From a virus (taxonomy: Duplodnaviria; Caudoviricetes): a stretch of 50,839 nucleotides of DNA. Within the stretch, counting starts at the first letter, position 1. The number at the start of each line of letters is the position of its first letter. Positions 1 to 7,957 of the stretch are shown piece by piece. The notes beneath the pieces were generated by a model. It saw only the letters and a program-made list of their open reading frames with translations. It made no database searches and was not told the origin of the DNA. Position numbers and translations under genes: made by a program. Location of the stretch: IMG/VR virus record IMGVR_UViG_3300025084_000039, positions 1 to 50,839 of that record; one strand, given 5' to 3'.

Positions 1-242
1 TCGTTGGAATCTGGTTCACTGCACTGGGCGTAAGCACCATGGCATTCAACCTCAACGGTTTCAACTTCAACCAGTCCATTCTCGATGGTCAAGGTCGTGT
101 ACTGAACACCTGGGCAGATGTCCTGAACCGTGCAGGTCTTGGTATGGAAGTAATGCATGAGCGTAACGCTCACAACTTCCCACTCGACCTTGCCGCTGCT
201 GAGTCTACACCTGTAGCACTCACCGCACCCACGGTTGGTTGA
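1..242 (+). CDS. psbA: Photosystem II D1 protein, 3' part (truncated by window start)
   Basis: Frame open from base 3: [25 protein letters not shown]...[14 protein letters not shown], the D1 C-terminus. Confidence 0.99.
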   Translation, partial: VGIWFTALGVSTMAFNLNGFNFNQSILDGQGRVLNTWADVLNRAGLGMEVMHERNAHNFPLDLAAAESTPVALTAPTVG

Positions 243-268
243 TTAATCTGTTATAATCAATAAGAAGC

Positions 269-296
269 AAAGGGGACTTCGGTCCCCTTTCTTTTT
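269..296 (+). terminator. Intrinsic terminator after psbA
   Basis: AAAGGGGAC-TTCG-GTCCCCTTT stem with cUUCGg loop followed by a T-rich tail. Confidence 0.9.
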
Positions 297-329
297 ATAC
301 TCAAATGTTAAGTTTAATTACTTATTCTC

Positions 330-590
330 ATGATTGGTAAACTCGACCCAGAGGAAAGAGTTCTATCTGCAGGACCTAAACAATTGCCTGTATGGTTTGA
401 ACAAACCTCTGATGAACCCTACGATAGACATCAGTATCAGTTAGAATGCAACGGACAATCCCTTATCTTTGATGACTACGATCATCTCAGAGCATATTGG
501 TTTGAATCTGTTCGTAACTGGGGCAACTGCAAAGTTAATGTCTTAGATAGGAAACAAATAAAGAAAAAAACAAATGGAGGTTTTAAATAG
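330..590 (+). CDS. Hypothetical protein between psbA and psbD
   Basis: 86-aa ORF; stop overlaps the psbD GTG; no nuclease motif seen. Confidence 0.75.
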   Translation: MIGKLDPEERVLSAGPKQLPVWFEQTSDEPYDRHQYQLECNGQSLIFDDYDHLRAYWFESVRNWGNCKVNVLDRKQIKKKTNGGFK

Positions 591-1645
591 TGACAACATC
601 GACTTTAACACAACAAAGGAGGGGATGGTTTGATGTACTCGACGACTGGGTTAAGCGGGATCGTTTCGTTTTTGTTGGCTGGTCTGGACTTCTTCTTCTT
701 CCCACTGCTTATCTTGCTATTGGCGGTTGGCTTACTGGTACAACTTTCGTTACGAGCTGGTATACCCATGGTCTCGCTAGTTCCTATCTTGAGGGCGCGA
801 ATTTTCTTACAGCGGCAGTTAGCACTCCAGCTGACGCTATGGGTCATTCTCTTCTTCTTCTCTGGGGTCCTGAGGCTCAGGGGGATTTCGTCAGGTGGTG
901 CCAACTTGGGGGACTCTGGAATTTTGTGGCACTCCACGGTGCCTTCGCTCTTATCGGTTTTATGCTCAGGCAATTTGAACTTGCTCGTCTAATCGGAATC
1001 AGACCTTATAATGCGATTGCTTTTTCTGGTCCTATTGCTGTATTCGTCAGCGTCTTTCTTATCTACCCTCTCGGACAATCCAGTTGGTTCTTTGCCCCGT
1101 CGTTTGGCGTGTCGGCAATCTTCCGCTTCCTTCTCTTCTTGCAAGGATTCCATAACTGGACACTAAACCCTTTCCACATGATGGGGGTTGCTGGTATCCT
1201 AGGTGGTGCTTTGCTCTCTGCTATTCACGGAGTCACTGTGGAGAATACTCTCTATGAAGATGGGGAACAGGCAAATACTTTTAAGGCTTTTGACTCTACG
1301 CAAGAGGAGGAGACTTACTCGATGGTTACTGCGAACCGTTTCTGGTCACAGATCTTCGGTATTGCTTTTAGTAATAAGCGTTGGTTGCATTTCTTTATGC
1401 TCTTCGTTCCCGTCATGGGTCTCTGGACAAGTTCTATCGGTATTATTGGACTCGCTCTTAATCTACGTGCTTACGACTTTGTATCTCAAGAGATTCGTGC
1501 AGCAGAAGATCCAGAGTTTGAGACTTTCTATACCAAGAATATTCTTCTAAATGAAGGACTACGTGCATGGTTAGCACCAGTTGACCAACCACATGAAAAC
1601 TTTGTGTTCCCCGAAGAAGTTCTTCCTAGAGGTAACGCACTGTGA
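590..1645 (+). CDS. psbD: Photosystem II D2 protein
   Basis: [16 protein letters not shown]...[10 protein letters not shown]; GTG start with GGAGG RBS. Confidence 0.99.
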   Translation: MTTSTLTQQRRGWFDVLDDWVKRDRFVFVGWSGLLLLPTAYLAIGGWLTGTTFVTSWYTHGLASSYLEGANFLTAAVSTPADAMGHSLLLLWGPEAQGDFVRWCQLGGLWNFVALHGAFALIGFMLRQFELARLIGIRPYNAIAFSGPIAVFVSVFLIYPLGQSSWFFAPSFGVSAIFRFLLFLQGFHNWTLNPFHMMGVAGILGGALLSAIHGVTVENTLYEDGEQANTFKAFDSTQEEETYSMVTANRFWSQIFGIAFSNKRWLHFFMLFVPVMGLWTSSIGIIGLALNLRAYDFVSQEIRAAEDPEFETFYTKNILLNEGLRAWLAPVDQPHENFVFPEEVLPRGNAL

Positions 1646-1896
1646 TTAAATCACTGTTCAGTATCATGTTCGCTGCTCTGATGTGGGTGCAAGTCCCACA
1701 GTGGAGCGATGACTGGTCTAAATGTTCAGTCGATGTACCAGACACAGCCTGTCACTGGTATATCACAGCACCCGATAGCACCATGGGTGAAGGATTTAGT
1801 TGGGCGAATGCCCCTTGGTTTAGTGTTGAGGGTCTCCGTGATGTTGGAGAACTTCATGACACTATGGCATCACTACAAAATGTGAGCGAAGCATGA
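1642..1896 (+). CDS. Hypothetical protein with N-terminal hydrophobic segment, Trp/Cys-rich
   Basis: 84-aa ORF coupled to the psbD stop (GTGA). Confidence 0.7.
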   Translation: MIKSLFSIMFAALMWVQVPQWSDDWSKCSVDVPDTACHWYITAPDSTMGEGFSWANAPWFSVEGLRDVGELHDTMASLQNVSEA

Positions 1897-2105
1897 ACGG
1901 TTATCTAGTGTTCGTATATTTCAGTTGCTTTGCTGTTATTGCAGGTGCTGCCTTTGCGATGATGTGGGCTAACATTATGAACATCAACACGATGATGAAT
2001 GAACCGCCCAAACCACGTCATCCAGAGGCACCCGCCCCTGGTGATGAAGTCATGTATGTAGATCTTTCTAGAGAAAACCTAGAAAGATTATATAAAGATG
2101 AATAA
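1893..2105 (+). CDS. Small membrane protein, DUF2973-like
   Basis: N-terminal TM helix then RHPE motif; ATGA coupling. Confidence 0.65.
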   Translation: MNGYLVFVYFSCFAVIAGAAFAMMWANIMNINTMMNEPPKPRHPEAPAPGDEVMYVDLSRENLERLYKDE

Positions 2106-2109
2106 CATT

Positions 2110-2131
2110 AGACCCCTTCGGGGGTTTTTTT
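2110..2131 (+). terminator. Intrinsic terminator
   Basis: AGACCCC-TTCG-GGGGTTT plus T run. Confidence 0.9.
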
Positions 2132-2209
2132 GTGCAAGTTATGAAGTCAAAACAACTCTAAGTATAAAAACTTTAATCTAAAATAGATAGTGTAGTCGAA
2201 TAAACAATA

Positions 2210-2551
2210 ATGACTTTTTTTCGAGGAATTATTCTTGCTATTGTAACAGCACTAATTATTTTTATGCCAAGGATGGCATGGGCAGTAGATGTTCAAATGG
2301 GATCAAATGGAAACTTGATTTTTGATCCCGCAGAGGTTACAATATCTGCAGGAGAATCAGTTCACTTTGTGAATAATATGCTCCCACCCCACAATATTAT
2401 TGTTGAGGGCCGCCCTGATCTTTCTAGAGAATCATTAATGTTCTCTCCAGGTGAATCGCAAGATATTCTCTTTGCTGATGCAGGAGACTATGATTTCTTT
2501 TGTGGTCCTCATCAAGGGGCAGGAATGATAGGAGTTATCCACGTCGAATAA
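2210..2551 (+). CDS. petE: Plastocyanin
   Basis: Signal peptide ending AWA, HN copper ligand, C-terminal CGPHQGAGM. Confidence 0.96.
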   Translation: MTFFRGIILAIVTALIIFMPRMAWAVDVQMGSNGNLIFDPAEVTISAGESVHFVNNMLPPHNIIVEGRPDLSRESLMFSPGESQDILFADAGDYDFFCGPHQGAGMIGVIHVE

Positions 2552-2571
2552 TGAAGTATACACACAACTAC

Positions 2572-3219
2572 ATGAAAATCTTTCTTGACACTGCTGACAC
2601 AGAAATTATTAGTGAATATTTTAAAACTGGGTTGGTAGATGGTGTCACTACCAACCCTACCTTGATTATGAAGAGTGGTAGAAATCCTATGGATGTTTAC
2701 CAGGACATCAAAGATATTGGTGTTCGTGATATCAGTATGGAGGTTGTTGGTAGTGCAGCTCAGATGTATCATGAAGGACGTAGACTTTCTGATATGTTTG
2801 GTGATGTCTGCACTGTCAAACTCCCTATGACTAGAGATGGTCTGAGTGTCTGTAAAGAACTCTCTGACATGAATGTCAAGGTAAACGTCACGCTCATCTT
2901 CTGTGCCTCTCAGGCAGTCCTAGCAGCAAAGGCAGGGGCAACATATGTCTCACCTTTTGTAGGACGATTAGATGACCAGTCAGTGGCAGGCCTGGAAGTT
3001 GTCAGGAGTATCTCTGAACTGTATCGCATCCACGGAGTCAGGACTCAGGTTCTGTCCGCATCTATTCGTAGTGTGCAACGTGCTATCAGGTCATGGTATA
3101 ATGGAGCACAGATTTGTACGATGCCACCTAAAGTATTTGATCAGATGTACGATCACATCCTTACTGATAAGGGTCTTGAGATTTTTGATCAAGACTGGGC
3201 ATCGGTAAAGAGTGATTGA
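2572..3219 (+). CDS. talC: Transaldolase (TalC/Fsa family)
   Basis: MKIFLDTAD, GVTTNPTL, YVSPFVGRLDD; start 2572 (or 2551) rather than 2500. Confidence 0.96.
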   Translation: MKIFLDTADTEIISEYFKTGLVDGVTTNPTLIMKSGRNPMDVYQDIKDIGVRDISMEVVGSAAQMYHEGRRLSDMFGDVCTVKLPMTRDGLSVCKELSDMNVKVNVTLIFCASQAVLAAKAGATYVSPFVGRLDDQSVAGLEVVRSISELYRIHGVRTQVLSASIRSVQRAIRSWYNGAQICTMPPKVFDQMYDHILTDKGLEIFDQDWASVKSD

Positions 3220-3538
3220 CGAAGACACACCTTATAAAATGGCTGAGATCATTCGTGATACTTGGCCCAACTTTTTTTACTTGAAAAATATTAAGAAACC
3301 CATGACATTTACAGTATATTCCAAAGATGGTTGCCCTTATTGCACAAAAGTGGAGCAGGTATTACAACTTGCTGAAATTAAGTATGTGATATATAAACTT
3401 AACAGGGATTACACCAGAGAAGAATTCTATGATAAGTTTGGAAAAGGATCTACCTTTCCAAGAGTTGTCAAAGATGATACACTAATTGGTGGATGCACTG
3501 AAACTGTTAAGTATCTACGGGAACAAAAGTTGGTCTAA
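3212..3538 (+). CDS. Glutaredoxin (start may be 3302)
   Basis: VYSKDGCPYC active site, TFP and IGGC motifs. Confidence 0.9.
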   Translation: MIDEDTPYKMAEIIRDTWPNFFYLKNIKKPMTFTVYSKDGCPYCTKVEQVLQLAEIKYVIYKLNRDYTREEFYDKFGKGSTFPRVVKDDTLIGGCTETVKYLREQKLV

Positions 3539-3897
3539 TGGAACAAAACCTCATCGACATCTATGATCTTATTGAACATGCTATTGATAATGCCTTTGAG
3601 GGAAAACTGAATTTAAAATTTTATGATTATCTGAAAGAAAGTAAAATCAAAAAACATGAGATAGATGCTTTCATTTTAAGCACTACCGCAAATGAAATTA
3701 GTGATCTCATTTTGGATCTTGATGAATATATCAAGGGTGGTACTGATAGTCAGCATAAGCAACTGCGTGAAGGTTATGGCCATATTCCTAAACCTCAAGC
3801 AAGAAAGATAAGAAACTACTTAGAAAGTTTCATAGATGATGCAGAGAGGTATAGTCATGACCGAAGACCGGGAAGACGCAAAAAACATTCTAAATAA
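3538..3897 (+). CDS. Hypothetical protein
   Basis: 119-aa ORF coupled to glutaredoxin stop (TAATG). Confidence 0.8.
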   Translation: MEQNLIDIYDLIEHAIDNAFEGKLNLKFYDYLKESKIKKHEIDAFILSTTANEISDLILDLDEYIKGGTDSQHKQLREGYGHIPKPQARKIRNYLESFIDDAERYSHDRRPGRRKKHSK

Positions 3898-4063
3898 TCA
3901 CGAAACCAACATCAACCGTGGAGTTGAATTGTTGCTACGCAACAGGAGGAATAAACCAGATCCGCCTAAGACTTTTCAGGTAAAGTTTGGTAATATGGTC
4001 GCTCTTTTCAAAAGAGAGATCGTGTTTCACTTAAACTTCTATCTGGACATCAGAAAGAAATAA
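3857..4063 (+). CDS. Hypothetical protein (start uncertain)
   Basis: ORF with GAGAGG before ATG 3857; fills the gap to 4081. Confidence 0.6.
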   Translation: MTEDREDAKNILNNHETNINRGVELLLRNRRNKPDPPKTFQVKFGNMVALFKREIVFHLNFYLDIRKK

Positions 4064-4080
4064 ATCTCTGGAGTAGACAC

Positions 4081-4302
4081 ATGTTAGCAGTAACACTTAC
4101 AATTGGAACTCTTGTTTCAATTATGTTCTTTTTTGTAGGAGGTGTGGTAGGATGGTTAGCAAGAGAAAACACCTGGGTAAATCAACCAATTTATACACAT
4201 CCAGAGATGTTTGACGAAAACGGGAATGTATTACCCGACGAAATTTTAGCAGTACGATTTGAAAATGGCTATGACGAACTCGACGAAGAAGACGACAACT
4301 AA
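4081..4302 (+). CDS. Small membrane protein, DUF2973-like
   Basis: TM helix then HPEMFDENG; GGAG RBS. Confidence 0.7.
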   Translation: MLAVTLTIGTLVSIMFFFVGGVVGWLARENTWVNQPIYTHPEMFDENGNVLPDEILAVRFENGYDELDEEDDN

Positions 4303-4780
4303 AACGAGATCTGTAAAAGTAAAAGCAGAGTCTCCCAAACTTCCACCTAATCCTTTTGTCCATGAGATTCTTGAACTTGTAAGCAAGCAGAGGACCAAGG
4401 CTAAAAAGGTAGAGATTCTTCAGGAGTATGTTAACCCTGCACTGAAGAGTCTCTTTATCTGGAACTTTGATGACACTGTTATCTCTGTAGTTCCTGAGGG
4501 TGATGTTCCTTATAAAGAGAATGAAGTTCCTGTTGGAACTGATCACACCTCTTTGCGTCGTGAGTACAAGCACCTCTACAACTTTGTAAGGGGTGGGAAT
4601 GATAGCATTTCATCTCTCCGTAGAGAGACTATGTTTATTCAGATGCTTGAGGGCCTGCACCCTGCGGAAGCAGAAATTCTTTGCTTAGTGAAAGATAAAC
4701 AATTGCAAACTAAATATAAGATATCTTACGACATAGTTAAGGATGCTTATCCCGACATCAACTGGGGAGGACGTTCATGA
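4265..4780 (+). CDS. Hypothetical protein
   Basis: ~170-aa ORF in operon packing (RRETMFIQMLEGLHP). Confidence 0.8.
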   Translation: MAMTNSTKKTTTKTRSVKVKAESPKLPPNPFVHEILELVSKQRTKAKKVEILQEYVNPALKSLFIWNFDDTVISVVPEGDVPYKENEVPVGTDHTSLRREYKHLYNFVRGGNDSISSLRRETMFIQMLEGLHPAEAEILCLVKDKQLQTKYKISYDIVKDAYPDINWGGRS

Positions 4781-5121
4781 GTAGTGTTGCTGTAGAACAA
4801 CAGGAAAAAGAAATGGCAGAGTATGGATCAGAGGAAAACAAAATCAATCCATCTGACTATGAGTGTCAAATCCTGTTAGAAAAAACAACTATAGAGATAG
4901 CAAACGATAAGACATTCCCAACAGATGCCAGACTTATCTGGTATGTTGTTGATGGTGTAGAGCATATGGATCTTACCCGTTGCGGTAAAGTAGTAAAGAT
5001 GTTTGATATGTACTACGATCGATATGGAAAAGATTCTGTTCGGAGAATTGACTTTGGATATGGAACAGTCAACCCTAAACTTTGGGGGCAAAAGCCAAAG
5101 AAAGAAAAGAAAAGAAAATGA
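4777..5121 (+). CDS. Hypothetical protein
   Basis: ATGA coupling, GGAGG RBS. Confidence 0.8.
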   Translation: MSSVAVEQQEKEMAEYGSEENKINPSDYECQILLEKTTIEIANDKTFPTDARLIWYVVDGVEHMDLTRCGKVVKMFDMYYDRYGKDSVRRIDFGYGTVNPKLWGQKPKKEKKRK

Positions 5122-5369
5122 AAGATGAAATTCTTAGAGATCAAGTTAATGAATTGATTCGTGATGAAATTCAACAAAACATTAATGAGTACGTTGAATC
5201 AACAGAAGAGACTCAGAAAAGTGGTCTCGGTTTTCTTGAAAATGAAGATGAATTAAAAGTCAATATCTCTCAAAGGGAGATTGATAAAATTATTAAAGAG
5301 TACAAGAAAATTAAAAAGAGCCAAAGATCAAATTTATTTGAAGTTAAAAAACTGGATTTTAGAGACTAA
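5118..5369 (+). CDS. Hypothetical charged helical protein
   Basis: ATG 5118 overlaps upstream stop (ATGA). Confidence 0.7.
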   Translation: MKDEILRDQVNELIRDEIQQNINEYVESTEETQKSGLGFLENEDELKVNISQREIDKIIKEYKKIKKSQRSNLFEVKKLDFRD

Positions 5370-5370
5370 T

Positions 5371-5685
5371 ATGTTATCTACTCAATACAGACTACGACTT
5401 GAATTTATTTGTAAATGTATTGCAAATGGTGAAGAGGTAAAATTAGATGATATGATCTGGGCAGAGAAGTTGGCAAAGAGTCACACTACTGCCAGAGACT
5501 GGTTGCAAAAAGCACGAAGACAATCTTCTCAAGAAATTGAAGAAGGTAGTACCGATGATTTTCTGAATAGGATGGGACTAGGAGATCCCGACCCATCCAA
5601 TCATAGAAAGGGATTCACTGATGCTGACGACATTAAGAGTTGGTTTCAGCAAGACAAACCTGATGACTGGAGGCAACGTGACTGA
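5371..5685 (+). CDS. Hypothetical protein
   Basis: MLSTQYRLRLEFICKCIA...; ATG 1 nt after upstream stop. Confidence 0.8.
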   Translation: MLSTQYRLRLEFICKCIANGEEVKLDDMIWAEKLAKSHTTARDWLQKARRQSSQEIEEGSTDDFLNRMGLGDPDPSNHRKGFTDADDIKSWFQQDKPDDWRQRD

Positions 5686-5809
5686 TTATGTCTGTGTCCA
5701 AACATGGGATCCCATTTTCGAGATGATACGCTATAATTGGGTACATAAGTCTGAAAAAGATCCTGTGCAGTTCGTCAAAAATCTCAACCCAGAACAAGAA
5801 ATGCTATGA
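5678..5809 (+). CDS. Small hypothetical protein (43 aa)
   Basis: GTG start with GGAGG RBS; overlaps neighbours at both ends. Confidence 0.55.
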   Translation: MTDYVCVQTWDPIFEMIRYNWVHKSEKDPVQFVKNLNPEQEML

Positions 5810-6105
5810 GTAGCAAGATGATGTTCCTGGTTGATGCTGGCAACGGCAGATGTATCACTCATGATGGGTATATTCAACTGGGTAGTTTCTCTCACACTGT
5901 AGAGAAGCACCTTGAGTTAAATCCAGAACAAGAATGGCAGGTGACCTATTGGATGCCAGATCCATTCTGTATCAGATACCCAAGAGCAAACTATCAACAT
6001 ACTATGAAGGCAAATGAAGGGTCTCCTAGGACTGATAATGCTACTGATAGCAGACCAAGAGACTTCCCTGACCAAGCAACTGAAAGACTTGAGAGAACAT
6101 TATGA
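5806..6105 (+). CDS. Hypothetical protein
   Basis: 99-aa ORF, ATGA coupling on both sides. Confidence 0.75.
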   Translation: MSSKMMFLVDAGNGRCITHDGYIQLGSFSHTVEKHLELNPEQEWQVTYWMPDPFCIRYPRANYQHTMKANEGSPRTDNATDSRPRDFPDQATERLERTL

Positions 6106-6800
6106 ATGTAATTACAGAAGGAAAAGTAAAGACGGTATATCAAGGTGATGATGCTGATCGTGTCATTATTGAATATCATGACAAAGTAACTGCTGGCAAC
6201 GGTGAGATGGTTGACCATCCACTAGGTAAAGGATCTCTTTGCTGCAGTATTTCATCTATCATTTTTGAGAAACTTTCCAAAGAACTTATCCCAACTCATT
6301 ATATTAATATGGTTGGTGCTAACAAGATGATTTGTAAGAAGGTTAGTATTGTTCCTCTAGAAGTTATCTGTCGCAATCGTGCTGCTGGATCTATTGTTCG
6401 TGAGACTACTCTTCAAGAAGGAGCCCCACTGCCACATCCTATTGTTGAATTCTTCCTGAAGGATGATAGTAAGCATGATCCTTTGCTTACACCTGATCGT
6501 GTGAAACTAATGGGATATAATCCAGAACCTTTTATTGAGATGACTCTACAGGTTAATGATTATCTCCGTCAGATGTTCTATATCATGGGTATCGATCTTG
6601 TAGATTTTAAAGTTGAGTATGGTTATGATGCTCATGGTGAGTTATATCTTGCTGATGAGATTAGTCCTGATAGTATGAGGTTATGGAAGATTGGTAGTGA
6701 TGAACGATTCGATAAAGATCTATTCCGAAAGGATGAAGGTGATATCGTTCCTGCTTATCGTGAGATTCTAGATAGACTACAACCGCTTGCTATTTCATGA
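6102..6800 (+). CDS. purC: SAICAR synthetase
   Basis: EGKVKTVY, PLEVICRNRAAGS, LVDFKVEYG, LADEISPDSMRLW, DKDLFR. Confidence 0.96.
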   Translation: MNVITEGKVKTVYQGDDADRVIIEYHDKVTAGNGEMVDHPLGKGSLCCSISSIIFEKLSKELIPTHYINMVGANKMICKKVSIVPLEVICRNRAAGSIVRETTLQEGAPLPHPIVEFFLKDDSKHDPLLTPDRVKLMGYNPEPFIEMTLQVNDYLRQMFYIMGIDLVDFKVEYGYDAHGELYLADEISPDSMRLWKIGSDERFDKDLFRKDEGDIVPAYREILDRLQPLAIS

Positions 6801-7003
6801 ACGAATTAAAGATCACTCCCCAAACATATATTGATATGAATAAGGAGTTTGAAGAAGAGGGAACACCATTCAGAATTTCTATTCCTACACAGGAACAGAT
6901 TGATAAGCATCGCTCACAACCATCAGCACCATATCAGGCACCACCTAAAGTGGACATGGTACAAGAAATGTGGGACAAAATTGGAGGACGACCTAATGGA
7001 TGA
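6797..7003 (+). CDS. Hypothetical protein
   Basis: ATGA coupling to purC. Confidence 0.65.
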   Translation: MNELKITPQTYIDMNKEFEEEGTPFRISIPTQEQIDKHRSQPSAPYQAPPKVDMVQEMWDKIGGRPNG

Positions 7004-7193
7004 TTTTAACAAACCAGGATCTAATAAGATAGGAATAACTCCTGAAGTTGAAAATTTTGTCACGCAATTGCAACTAGATAATGTATGTAAGATATTGGGC
7101 GGTGAATTAAAACATTATTTTTGCTCAGATAAAACTACAACTCATGAAAAGATTGTAATCGAATACAACCACAAAAAGAAATGCAAGCAGTAA
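6996..7193 (+). CDS. Hypothetical protein
   Basis: ATG 6996 with GGAGG RBS. Confidence 0.65.
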   Translation: MDDFNKPGSNKIGITPEVENFVTQLQLDNVCKILGGELKHYFCSDKTTTHEKIVIEYNHKKKCKQ

Positions 7194-7423
7194 TTTACAG
7201 TAACGGTAGTCAAGAATGTGAACGAGCTGGTATGCTCTTGAAAAGTATTCACGAAGATTTCCATGAATATGTTTTAGATAAAGACTTTACTGACAAACAA
7301 TTCCATGCAGAGTTTGGTGAAGAAGCTCAGTATCCACAAATCTCAATTGGACTGGAGCATCGTGGTGGTCTCAAGGAAACTTTGCATTATTTGAATAAAC
7401 ATAATTACATATGTTCGTGTTGA
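7181..7423 (+). CDS. Glutaredoxin-like protein with SxxC instead of CxxC
   Basis: VIYSNGSQEC, YPQI and GG motifs parallel the 3212 glutaredoxin. Confidence 0.7.
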   Translation: MQAVIYSNGSQECERAGMLLKSIHEDFHEYVLDKDFTDKQFHAEFGEEAQYPQISIGLEHRGGLKETLHYLNKHNYICSC

Positions 7424-7434
7424 TACGAAAACAC

Positions 7435-7463
7435 TTGACTAAATAATGTATGAGGTCTATAAT
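7435..7463 (+). promoter_or_regulatory. Sigma70-type promoter for the riboswitch transcript
   Basis: TTGACT(7435)-17 nt-TATAAT(7458); start site ~7470, immediately before the aptamer. Confidence 0.85.
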
Positions 7464-7470
7464 AAGACCT

Positions 7471-7705
7471 GACGTTCATCCCACTCTTGGGTGGGACGCA
7501 AGTAAGTCGCGGAACGGAGTCGTTCATCCCATGCTAGAACTATTATTCTATACATCACTCACCTGTCAACAAGCCGATGCAATTATGTTTCGGATGAGAA
7601 CAAATGAGAATCTTCCTCCCGAAATGAAGGTGGAATTGATTGAGGTCATGAAGGAATCAACACCTGAGTGCTATCCATGGGACGCACACGACTGAAGGAA
7701 CGGGG
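7471..7705 (+). ncRNA. Double glutamine riboswitch aptamer (glnA / Downstream-peptide type)
   Basis: Two CGTTCA-TCCCA..TGGGA-CGCA units, two GGAACGG strands, AGTA/GAA E-loop halves, AGTCG/CGACT helix; upstream of a DUF4278-like gene. Confidence 0.85.
7531..7695 (+). CDS. 54-aa ORF nested in the second aptamer
   Basis: MLELLFYTSLTCQQADAIM...PECYPWDAHD; ATG 7450 lies upstream of the predicted start site, so 7531 is preferred. Confidence 0.65.
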   Translation: MLELLFYTSLTCQQADAIMFRMRTNENLPPEMKVELIEVMKESTPECYPWDAHD

Positions 7706-7736
7706 ATTAAAAACCCTAACTTCAGGAGACTGACAA

Positions 7737-7904
7737 ATGAACACACTAAACATGATCAAGAAGCAGATCAACAAAGCATCTGCTGTTCACAACGCACAGA
7801 TTACCCACACTTCATATCGTGGTGTTGAGTATGATACACGTTGTGTAGAAAGCAAAGAGTCTCACGGGACCTTCTGCTATCGTGGACGCACTTACACCAA
7901 GTGA
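7737..7904 (+). CDS. DUF4278-like small protein (55 aa, absent from ORF track)
   Basis: MNTLNMIKKQINKASAVHNAQITHTSYRGVEYDTRCVESKESHGTFCYRGRTYTK; two YRGxxY motifs; AGGAG RBS at 7724. Confidence 0.85.
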   Translation: MNTLNMIKKQINKASAVHNAQITHTSYRGVEYDTRCVESKESHGTFCYRGRTYTK

Positions 7905-7933
7905 TTGCCAAACCGATTAAATAGTGTTATGAT
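7905..7933 (+). promoter_or_regulatory. Sigma70-type promoter upstream of the thyX operon
   Basis: TTGCCA-17 nt-TATGAT, with TAAATA in the spacer. Confidence 0.6.
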
Positions 7934-7957
7934 GGGGGGGAAACCTCCCATTTTTTT
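7932..7957 (+). terminator. Intrinsic terminator after DUF4278 gene
   Basis: ATGGGGGG-GAAA-CCTCCCAT plus T run. Confidence 0.85.

Noticed and set aside
330-590. Homing endonuclease between psbA and psbD
   Set aside because: Only 86 aa, with no HNH, GIY-YIG or endonuclease VII motif visible.
605-1550. Alternative-frame and antisense ORFs inside psbD
   Set aside because: Shadows of a highly conserved gene; no RBS or recognisable motifs.
2500-2571. Long N-terminal extension of talC
   Set aside because: TTG start lies within petE; the family N-terminus begins at MKIFLDTAD.
7440-7465. NtcA box at the riboswitch promoter
   Set aside because: GTA at 7448 is not followed by TAC after 8 nt.
7450-7530. 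81-aa version of the nested ORF
   Set aside because: ATG 7450 is in the promoter spacer, upstream of the predicted start site; the extra codons are aptamer sequence.
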